Notes under the pieces: model-generated | The model's input: only the letters and a program-made list of their open reading frames with translations | What the model was told of the DNA's origin: nothing | Database searches by the model: none | Translations under genes and position numbers: made by a program | Assembly (NCBI GenBank): GCA_028275885.1 | Contig: JAPWTW010000006.1 | Location: 1-32,000, forward strand | Length of the DNA: 32,000 bases | From: Candidatus Nanopusillus sp. | Lineage (GTDB): Archaea; Nanobdellota; Nanobdellia; Nanobdellales; Nanobdellaceae | Direction: 5' to 3' | Shown: in pieces, positions 24,938 through 32,000 of the stretch | How the letters are laid out: each line of letters starts with the position of its first letter | Numbering within the stretch: position 1 is the stretch's first letter

Positions 24938-26587
24938 ATGTATGAATTTATTAGTGATATTATAAAAAAGAGCCTTAGAAAGATTACTATAATATTTAGC
25001 ATAACAATTTTATTAATAATTATAATAGGAAAAAATATACCAATATTAAAAATATATTATCCAATTTTATATTTATCTGCAATTGTTTTTTCATTAGAGG
25101 TTATATTCCTAGAATACTATAAAACAAAAAAATCTTTAGATAAATCTTTACTATATTATATAGCATATTTATATTCTCTTTCATTTTCTACAAATAATAC
25201 TAGAAGATTATTAGAAATTTCAATTGAAGAAAAATCAGAATTTAAGGATATAAATTATTATATGTCAAAAATACTTTTTTTAACAAATAAATATAATTAT
25301 ACAATTCCAGAGGCTATAAGATATGTACTGCCATATATTCCAAATAGTAATTTTAAGAGTTTTCTAGAAAGATTTGCAACATCAATTGATATAGGTGAAG
25401 AAATTTCAGAATTTTTATATAAAGAATATGAAACTCAATTAGCAATATATGAAGCAAATTATGAAAAAGGTTTAGAAAATATAAGATTATTAGATGAATT
25501 TGTAATATCATTATTATCATCTTTAGGATTTGCATTTTCTTTAATATTATTTATACCATTCTTAGTAAGCACAAATATAGTATTTTTGCTAGTAAATTTC
25601 TTTATAATATTCATTGTAATTAATTTACTTATATATTATGTATCAAAATATTATATTCCAGATGACGGATTATGGTCTCATTCAAAAGAAAAACCAAAAG
25701 AATATGTAGAAATAAGATATTTATTTTATCTTTTATCATTTTTATCTTATATATTATTTCTAGCATTATTTTTAGTATTAAAATTACAATTATTAGAGGC
25801 ATTTGCAATAGCAGCTACACCTTTAGCATATGTAAGTTATAGGATGACATTGTTAGAAAGAACATTAAAAATAAAAGAAAGTCATTTTCCAGCATTCTTT
25901 AGTAGTATAATAGAATACTCACAAATATTTGGAAGTAATCAAACAAAAATATTAGATAATGTTGTTATACATGATTTTGGTTTATTAAATGAGGATATTA
26001 ATAGATTAAAGAAAAGAATAAATATAACAAAAAATTATTCTGAATCTTGGAGATATTTTATAGTTGAATTGGGAAGTTCGATTGCAGAAAAAATAATAAA
26101 GGTATTTGAAAAAGTTTTATCATATAATGGAGATACAAAGAAAGCAGGAGATATGTTATATAATATATTAATAAAGATAATTGAACTTAGGTCTAGAAAA
26201 TCTCAATTTATATCTAATTTAAGGGGTATTATATATGGAACATATATAGCATTTATAGCAATTCTATTTATAGTTGCTCAGATATTATATTTGTTAAATC
26301 AAATGTTTCAAGGTGTATCTACAGCACTTGGTTCTGCAGTAACGCAAATTGGTATAAATATATATACATTTTCATTACCTCTGTATATATTGCAAGATTA
26401 TATATTCATAATATCTATTATTGAAGCTTTTATACTGGCTGGAACAATAAAAAATATAGATGGGGGATCTAAACTTGGAATGTTCTTAGATGCAACAGTT
26501 ATGATATGGCTGAGTGCATTATTAAATATTGGAGTATACTATTTATTTACATATGTATTTTCTGGCTTATCTTTAGTAAAGGTATAA
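24938..26587 (+). CDS. Second FlaJ/TadC-like polytopic membrane platform protein (orphan paralog)
   Basis: 549 aa with an N-terminal TM pair and two cytoplasmic helical T2SS-F-like repeats, each followed by TM clusters. Example repeats are FKSFLERFATSIDIGEEISEFLYKEYETQLAIYEANYEKGLENIRLLDEF and IAEKIIKVFEKVLSYNGDTKKAGDMLYNILIKIIELRSRK. No ATPase gene is adjacent. Confidence 0.6.
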   Translation: MYEFISDIIKKSLRKITIIFSITILLIIIIGKNIPILKIYYPILYLSAIVFSLEVIFLEYYKTKKSLDKSLLYYIAYLYSLSFSTNNTRRLLEISIEEKSEFKDINYYMSKILFLTNKYNYTIPEAIRYVLPYIPNSNFKSFLERFATSIDIGEEISEFLYKEYETQLAIYEANYEKGLENIRLLDEFVISLLSSLGFAFSLILFIPFLVSTNIVFLLVNFFIIFIVINLLIYYVSKYYIPDDGLWSHSKEKPKEYVEIRYLFYLLSFLSYILFLALFLVLKLQLLEAFAIAATPLAYVSYRMTLLERTLKIKESHFPAFFSSIIEYSQIFGSNQTKILDNVVIHDFGLLNEDINRLKKRINITKNYSESWRYFIVELGSSIAEKIIKVFEKVLSYNGDTKKAGDMLYNILIKIIELRSRKSQFISNLRGIIYGTYIAFIAILFIVAQILYLLNQMFQGVSTALGSAVTQIGINIYTFSLPLYILQDYIFIISIIEAFILAGTIKNIDGGSKLGMFLDATVMIWLSALLNIGVYYLFTYVFSGLSLVKV

Positions 26588-27027
26588 TTTATTTTTCTTT
26601 CTTTTGGTATAAAATCTTTTAATATATTGTTTTTAATATAAACACTACACAAAATATCATTATTATCTTTTGCAATATAAAAACCATTCTCATAATTTTT
26701 TTCCAATTTTATGTTTTCATTATATTTATAAAAAATATTTTCTTTTTTTATTTCAATACTTTTATTAGAATTTATTCCAAAAATCTGCGCACCTTCTATA
26801 CTAAATCTATATCTATTATTTTTCTCTATTTTAATTACATATAAACCATATTTTTTTATATATTTTTCATCTAAAAAATCTGGAAAATTCTTATTAAACA
26901 TATATATTTTATCTTTATTAATAAAAAATCTATATTTCTTTATTATTGACCTATCTATATTTATATTATAGTATTCTTCTATTTTCTTAAATATCTCTTC
27001 TATATTCTTTTTATTTAATTCTTTCAT
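26539..27027 (-). CDS. Hypothetical protein, possibly a Nip7/pre-PUA-like RNA-binding protein
   Basis: 162 aa. The pattern EEIFKKIEEYY...YRFFINKDKIYMF...YRFSIEGAQIFG...GFYIAKDNNDILCSVYIKNNILKDFIPKER loosely resembles Nip7/RsmF-type N-terminal plus PUA-like folds. It overlaps the rfcL stop by 4 nt, so it is in an operon with it. The assignment is weak. Confidence 0.3.
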   Translation of the reverse strand: MKELNKKNIEEIFKKIEEYYNINIDRSIIKKYRFFINKDKIYMFNKNFPDFLDEKYIKKYGLYVIKIEKNNRYRFSIEGAQIFGINSNKSIEIKKENIFYKYNENIKLEKNYENGFYIAKDNNDILCSVYIKNNILKDFIPKERKINYTFTKDKPENTYVNK

Positions 27028-28250
27028 AATTTTTCTACAGCCCCTTTTATATATGATATTTCATTTTCATTAAATCCCAATATTTCTGCATATTTTCTTC
27101 CTATTTTTTCATTTTCTTTCATTAAAACTATTAATGTATTTATATATACTTCTCTAACCCTATGTTTTGATGTATGAACCTTCTTTTGTAAGTTTTTTGA
27201 TAATTCTTCAATTTTTTCTCTTATTTCTTTATTTTGAGATAATTTTCTTATATATTGTGGCATCCTATATTTTGTAAATTTATTATATCTCTTTTCTTTT
27301 GCTAATGCAACACCAGCATACATTAAAGTTGTAAAATATTTTAATAGATCCCAATATTGTCTTTTATAAATTCTTCCATAAAATACAACTGCTAATGATA
27401 ACCAATTATAGGCTTCATATATTTCTTTTATATTTTCATATTCATTAGATATATTTTCTTCAACCCATGCTTTAATTTCTTCAGGATCCATATCTACATC
27501 TGCAAATGGTAATGTAGCCCCCATTATTGTATTTGCCTTAAACATCTGACCCAGTGCTTTAAATATTGTAATTTCTCTTTCTCTATAACCTAAAACTTCT
27601 AAATCTTTTAATGTAATATGACTACTCATCATTGCTAATGCTTGTAAATCATTTATTGCACTCCTTAAATCTCCGGAAGATCTATCTGCAAGTGCAGATA
27701 ATACATTATCATCAATTGTTATTTTTTCATTTGCACAAATTCTCTTTAATTGCCTTATTATATCATAATTTGATAATTTTTTGAATTCAACCATATCACA
27801 TAAATCTCTTAATTTCTTAAATTTTGGATCCCATGGATCATTTGCAGTTAATATTACTGGCCATCTTGATTCTTCTATTATTTTTGCCAATGCTCCAACC
27901 CCACCCCTATCTTGAAATCCTGCTAATCCATCAACTTCATCAACCAATATTATCCTTCCTTTCTTAAAAAATGGTTTTCCTTTTATTGCTTCTCCTAATT
28001 TTTCATGTATAACCCTTGCATTTCTATTATCTGAAGCATTTAATTCTACAACTTCATAATTTAAATCATTTGCAATTGCATATATTGATGATGTCTTTCC
28101 AACACCAGGAGGTCCATATATTAATAATGCTTTCTTATTTACATTTGGATATTTTTCTATAAAAGATTTTATTTTTCCAATAGCCTCTGATTGATTAATT
28201 ATTTCGTTAATATGTTTGGGTGCATATTTTTTTATCCATGGTTCAACCAT
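27024..28250 (-). CDS. rfcL: Replication factor C large subunit
   Basis: WIKKYAPKHINEIINQ, Walker A LLIYGPPGVGKTS, NASDNRN, Walker B ILVDEVDG and sensor SSGDLRSAINDLQ. At 408 aa it is shorter than typical archaeal RFC-L. Confidence 0.88.
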   Translation of the reverse strand: MVEPWIKKYAPKHINEIINQSEAIGKIKSFIEKYPNVNKKALLIYGPPGVGKTSSIYAIANDLNYEVVELNASDNRNARVIHEKLGEAIKGKPFFKKGRIILVDEVDGLAGFQDRGGVGALAKIIEESRWPVILTANDPWDPKFKKLRDLCDMVEFKKLSNYDIIRQLKRICANEKITIDDNVLSALADRSSGDLRSAINDLQALAMMSSHITLKDLEVLGYREREITIFKALGQMFKANTIMGATLPFADVDMDPEEIKAWVEENISNEYENIKEIYEAYNWLSLAVVFYGRIYKRQYWDLLKYFTTLMYAGVALAKEKRYNKFTKYRMPQYIRKLSQNKEIREKIEELSKNLQKKVHTSKHRVREVYINTLIVLMKENEKIGRKYAEILGFNENEISYIKGAVEKL

Positions 28251-28469
28251 TATTTATATTTTTAATTTAGATTATTAAAATATTTTGAAAAATTTTCTTA
28301 ATATATTATTAGTTAATTATAATGAAATAGTATTTGATAATATTAGAGAAAGCTTGATCTATATTAGAGAACACTCTTAAAGAGACAATTATTCAATTAT
28401 ATTTAATGAGAAACCATATAGTGCAAAAATGAAACAAAATAATAAAAATCAAGATTTTCTAATTTTTAT

Positions 28470-28889
28470 TTAATGACCAAATAAAGAGAAAAATCCTCTC
28501 AGTATACCACCTCCACTTTCAACTATTTTACATGGTAAAATAGCTTCATATTGATTACCATTTACAATATAATATACCCTTACATACGCATTTCCTATAA
28601 TAACATTATTATTTACAATACATGCATTCATAGATCCATAATTTATATTTCCCAAATTACATGTTGAATTTTCATAAAAATTATATACAGTTACATTTTC
28701 CAAATTTTTTTTTGCAGTAATTATAATAAGAGATGTTCCATTTGCATATTGACAATTATATGTAAAATATTCTAAATATGGGGGTAAATATGATGTTACA
28801 TAATATGTATATATTGCATATAGTACAACTATTACAAAAGCTGCTATACCAACCCAAATTACAAATTTAGGTATCCTTGATATATCCAT
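28470..28889 (-). CDS. Hypothetical membrane-anchored extracellular protein
   Basis: An N-terminal signal anchor (FVIWVGIAAFVIVVLYAIY) is followed by a beta-rich domain with 4 Cys and sequons NGT, NVT and NST. The composition resembles the pilin-like ORF at 552..1208. Confidence 0.4.
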   Translation of the reverse strand: MDISRIPKFVIWVGIAAFVIVVLYAIYTYYVTSYLPPYLEYFTYNCQYANGTSLIIITAKKNLENVTVYNFYENSTCNLGNINYGSMNACIVNNNVIIGNAYVRVYYIVNGNQYEAILPCKIVESGGGILRGFFSLFGH

Positions 28890-28904
28890 AAAATTAATTT
28901 TGAT

Positions 28905-29153
28905 CTACATATATATAAACATATATATATATTTATTTCCTCTGTCTTCAATCTTAATATTTTTTATAATTTCTTCATATTTTTTATCATCTATATCAAA
29001 TAAATCTGGATATTTATTCAATATATAATCAAATATTAATCTTTTTATCATAATATCTTCATTCTTATGCAAATCTTCAACATTATATTCATCTAAAATA
29101 CCTTCTATTATATATTTTGGAATCTTAAATTCATATTCAATATTATATGGCAT
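28905..29153 (-). CDS. Small hypothetical acidic protein
   Basis: 82-aa ORF on the same strand as its neighbours. No recognisable motif. Confidence 0.3.
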   Translation of the reverse strand: MPYNIEYEFKIPKYIIEGILDEYNVEDLHKNEDIMIKRLIFDYILNKYPDLFDIDDKKYEEIIKNIKIEDRGNKYIYMFIYM

Positions 29154-29226
29154 GTAAAATTTTACACTTTTCTAAAATATAAATGATTGCTTTATATTCT
29201 TGAATTTCAAAAATGATTATCAAAAA

Positions 29227-30195
29227 TTATTTTCTATTTTGTAAACCTCTAAGCCCTATATACGCTAGCAAAGCACCCAGTTGTATTATTGGATCTGAAC
29301 CTTCTAATAATCTATATTCTATTTCTCCAGCATAATATATTATATCTAATTTTTCTTTTTCAGGTATATTCATTGAATAAACTTCCTTTGATAAATATTT
29401 AATTATATCTTCTCCTGCAAGACCATATTTTATCATTAAATCTATTAATTTTTCCCTAGCTTCAGCAAATTTTCCTTCATATGCTAATTTTAATACTTCC
29501 TGTAATTCTTGTGGTTTTGCTATAGATGTAACTTCATATATTAACTCTGGAGTTATATCTTTAGAATATAAAGCTGCAGCTTGCAATATATTTATTGATT
29601 TTCTCATATCACCTTCTGAAATATAATATATTGCTTCCAATGCATCATCACTTATATTTAAATTTTCTTTTTCAGCTATTGATTTTAATAATTCAAATAC
29701 ATCTTTTTTATCCAATTGTTTAAATCTAAATATGACAGTTCTAGATTGTATTGGTTCTATAATTTTTGATGAATAATTACATGCTAATATAAATCTTGTT
29801 ACTGAAGAATATTCTTCCATTATTCTTCTTAAAGCTTGTTGTGCATCTCTTGTCATTGCATCTGCCTCATCTAAGAACACAATTTTAAATGGAACATTTC
29901 CAATTGGTTTTGTTCTTGCAAATTCTTTTACCTTTTCTCTTATAACATCTATTCCTCTATCATCTGAAGCATTCAATTGTAATACATTTTGCTCCCATTT
30001 ATCTCCATATAATTCTCTAGCAAGTGCCAATGCAGCAGTTGTTTTTCCAACACCCGCAGGTCCAGCAAATAATAAATGGGGCATATTTTTACTTTCTACA
30101 AATGCCTTCAATCTTTTTACTATCTCACCTTGTCCTTTTATGTCATCCAATCTTTTTGGTCTATATTTTTCAGTCCATATTTCATTATCTGACAT
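29227..30195 (-). CDS. rfcS: Replication factor C small subunit (no intein)
   Basis: [16 protein letters not shown], Walker [28 protein letters not shown]-type Walker [16 protein letters not shown] (SRC-motif position) and [11 protein letters not shown]. Confidence 0.95.
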   Translation of the reverse strand: MSDNEIWTEKYRPKRLDDIKGQGEIVKRLKAFVESKNMPHLLFAGPAGVGKTTAALALARELYGDKWEQNVLQLNASDDRGIDVIREKVKEFARTKPIGNVPFKIVFLDEADAMTRDAQQALRRIMEEYSSVTRFILACNYSSKIIEPIQSRTVIFRFKQLDKKDVFELLKSIAEKENLNISDDALEAIYYISEGDMRKSINILQAAALYSKDITPELIYEVTSIAKPQELQEVLKLAYEGKFAEAREKLIDLMIKYGLAGEDIIKYLSKEVYSMNIPEKEKLDIIYYAGEIEYRLLEGSDPIIQLGALLAYIGLRGLQNRK

Positions 30196-30233
30196 AAATT
30201 AATAATTTAAATTAAAACTTAAATAAATATTAT

Positions 30234-30893
30234 ATGAACTTTGAATATGTAAAACATAATGATTTAATAATATATTATAAGGTCTATGATCTTGAATGTT
30301 ATCCTCCAAAAGAAGATTCTTTTTTATTAAATGATCATATAAAAGAATTTGCTAGAGGTAAAAAAGTATTAGATATGGGATGTGGGTCTGGAATCCAAGG
30401 TTTAGAGGCATATAAATATACAAAAGATGTTTCTTTTTCCGATATATCTGAAGAATGCTTAAAATTATCTAAAATAAACTTTTATATAAATTACATAAAT
30501 AATAATTCTGATCTAGACTATTTATATAAAAATATAGAAAAAATAAATTTACCAGTAAAATTCTATCATTCTGATTTATTTAATAATATAAATGAAAAGT
30601 TTGATTTAATATTATTTAACCCCCCATATTTACCAGAAGTAAGTTATGAAGGAGTAAAAGTAAAACGATGGATTTCTGGAGGAAAGTTTGGATATGAGAC
30701 AATTGATAGATTTTTATATCAAAGTATAACTAAATTAAATAATTTTGGAGAAATATTGATAATAATGTCTTCAATAACTAACCCACAATATATATTAAAC
30801 AAATATTCAAAATTTTATGATTATAGGATAATAGATAATAAACACATTTTCTTTGAAGATATATTTTTAATATATTTAAAGAAAAAGTTTTAA
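30234..30893 (+). CDS. SAM-dependent methyltransferase, HemK/Mtq2-like (N5-glutamine/NPPY class)
   Basis: YPPKEDSFLL (typical archaeal Mtq2/HemK N-terminus), SAM motif I VLDMGCGSGIQG, and the catalytic LILFNPPYLP. Confidence 0.72.
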   Translation: MNFEYVKHNDLIIYYKVYDLECYPPKEDSFLLNDHIKEFARGKKVLDMGCGSGIQGLEAYKYTKDVSFSDISEECLKLSKINFYINYINNNSDLDYLYKNIEKINLPVKFYHSDLFNNINEKFDLILFNPPYLPEVSYEGVKVKRWISGGKFGYETIDRFLYQSITKLNNFGEILIIMSSITNPQYILNKYSKFYDYRIIDNKHIFFEDIFLIYLKKKF

Positions 30894-30895
30894 TT

Positions 30896-31657
30896 ATGAT
30901 AGTTGATGATCATGCACATCTATTTTTATACAAAAATGTAGATGAAAAAATAAAGGAAAATATTGAAAGAAACGTAAAATATATAATTGAAAATTCTATA
31001 GATGTTAAAAGTATAAATATAGTAATTGAAGAATCTAGAAAGTATGATATAATATATTATGCTTTAGGATTATATCCTGAAGAAATTGTAAAGATGAATG
31101 ATGATGATATAGAAAAAATATTGGAATTTATTGAAGAAAATAAGGATAAAAAATTTTTGGCAATTGGAGAGGTTGGATTAGATTTTTCTAATGTAGATGA
31201 AGATAAAATTAGAAAACAAAAAATATATTTTGAAAAATTTTTAGAATTAGCTGATATATTGAAGAAACCAGTAATAATTCATAGTAGAAAAGCTGAAAAA
31301 GAGGTATTAGATATATTAACAAGTTATAATAATAAAAGAGTATTACACTCATTTTGGAAACCTTCTTTAGTAGACAAAGCAATTGAAATAAATTGTTATT
31401 TATCAATACCAACAATTGTTTATAGAGATTCTGGATTTCAAAAAATTGTAAAAGATGTACCATTAGAATTTATTTTAACTGAAACAGACTCTCCATATTT
31501 AGATCCAATAGAAAAAGACAAGGCAGTAAATAATTCATGGAAGATAATATACTCATTAGAAAAGATATCTGAAATAAAGGATATAGATAAGAAAGAATTG
31601 GAAGAAATAATATTTAATAACTTTGTTAAAGTATATAATATAAATAATGATGAATAA
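30896..31657 (+). CDS. TatD-family metal-dependent hydrolase/DNase (paralog 2)
   Basis: VDDHAHL, GEVGLDF, VIIHSRKA, LHSF and LTETDSPYL. Confidence 0.85.
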   Translation: MIVDDHAHLFLYKNVDEKIKENIERNVKYIIENSIDVKSINIVIEESRKYDIIYYALGLYPEEIVKMNDDDIEKILEFIEENKDKKFLAIGEVGLDFSNVDEDKIRKQKIYFEKFLELADILKKPVIIHSRKAEKEVLDILTSYNNKRVLHSFWKPSLVDKAIEINCYLSIPTIVYRDSGFQKIVKDVPLEFILTETDSPYLDPIEKDKAVNNSWKIIYSLEKISEIKDIDKKELEEIIFNNFVKVYNINNDE

Positions 31658-31698
31658 ATGTAGGCTGAAAAATGATGTAGAACCCGGAAACTGATAAA
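31643..31698 (+). ncRNA. Candidate C/D box sRNA (2'-O-methylation guide)
   Basis: The full archaeal C/D architecture is readable. C box AUGAUGA is at 31647-31653, followed by an 11-nt spacer AUAAAUGUAGG. D' box CUGA is at 31665-31668, then a 3-nt AAA loop. C' box AUGAUGU is at 31672-31678, followed by a 12-nt, unusually GC-rich spacer AGAACCCGGAAA at 31679-31690. D box CUGA is at 31691-31694. The C box overlaps the last tatD codons and stop. Confidence 0.6.
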
Positions 31699-32000
31699 AT
31701 GAAAATAATATCTTGGAATGTTAATGGATTAAAATCTATAATTCAAAAAGGTTTAATTGACTTTATTAAAAAATATAATGCAGATTTCTATCTATTTCAA
31801 GAAATAAAAACAAAAGAAATACCATTAACTTTTCAATTACTTGGATATAATATATATTCATTTCCTGCAAAGAAAAGTGGATATAGCGGTGTATTAACAT
31901 TAGCAAAAATAAAACCAAATAATATAAAATATGGAATTGGAATTGAAAAATTTGATATTGAAGGAAGAGTTATAACTATGGAATATGATAAATTTTATTT
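31699..32000 (+). CDS. xth: Exodeoxyribonuclease III / AP endonuclease (Xth family), 5' partial that continues beyond the window
   Basis: MKIISWNVNGLKSIIQKGLIDFIKKYNADFYLFQEIK...SGYSGVLTLAK...IEGRVITME is the canonical ExoIII N-terminus (SWNVNG, QE.K). The frame is open to the window end. Confidence 0.85.
   Translation, partial: MKIISWNVNGLKSIIQKGLIDFIKKYNADFYLFQEIKTKEIPLTFQLLGYNIYSFPAKKSGYSGVLTLAKIKPNNIKYGIGIEKFDIEGRVITMEYDKFY

Noticed and set aside
25353-25535. 60-aa minus-strand ORF from the track.
   Set aside because: It is antisense to the FlaJ-like gene. This is a shadow ORF.
31209-31463. 84-aa minus-strand ORF from the track.
   Set aside because: It is antisense to the second tatD paralog. 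This is a shadow ORF.
1-32000. I looked for CRISPR arrays, IS elements or transposases, integrases, toxin-antitoxin pairs, restriction-modification or other defence cassettes, rRNA genes and split-tRNA halves.
   Set aside because: I saw no regularly spaced direct repeats, no terminal inverted repeats flanking an ORF, and no recombinase or nuclease-type defence signatures. The only GC-rich structured-RNA island is the intact tRNA-Leu. The PIN-domain ORF is the conserved Fcf1-like gene next to aIF2-gamma, not a VapC toxin with an antitoxin partner.

Overview
This is an extremely AT-rich, gene-dense archaeal window with about 40 ORFs, very short spacers and many 1-50 nt gene overlaps. Most of the content is information-processing housekeeping: CysRS, aIF2-gamma, aRF1, CCA-adding enzyme, RFC large and small subunits, RadB, TFE, ribosomal proteins L4/L23/L2/S2, a Rio kinase, a DRG-type GTPase, HIT, two TatD paralogs and ExoIII. 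Proteins are short, conserved operons are scrambled, and a GC-rich tRNA-Leu sits in very AT-rich DNA. Together these suggest a reduced, probably thermophilic DPANN/Nanoarchaeota-like genome; that placement is inference, not a database result. The accessory content is a type IV pilus-like secretion locus (8674-14460). It has a divergent FlaI/GspE-family ATPase with an unusually long N-terminus, a FlaJ/TadC-like platform protein, and a divergently transcribed trio of uncharacterised proteins: a coiled-coil protein, a Q/N/P-rich coiled-coil protein and a membrane-anchored Cys-rich protein. Elsewhere there is a second orphan FlaJ-like gene and a frame-broken pilin-like surface protein at the left edge. 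Other points worth a second look: (1) an unannotated C/D box sRNA candidate overlapping the 3' end of tatD (31643-31698); (2) a CysRS gene whose conserved N-terminus has no canonical in-frame start and needs a frame change on a (TA)5 run; (3) a GatE gene encoding only the C-terminal ~60% and a Dph2 gene lacking its first domain, both split-gene candidates; (4) a dense array of TTAACAT dyads upstream of tfe. I saw no CRISPR array, transposase, integrase or rRNA.
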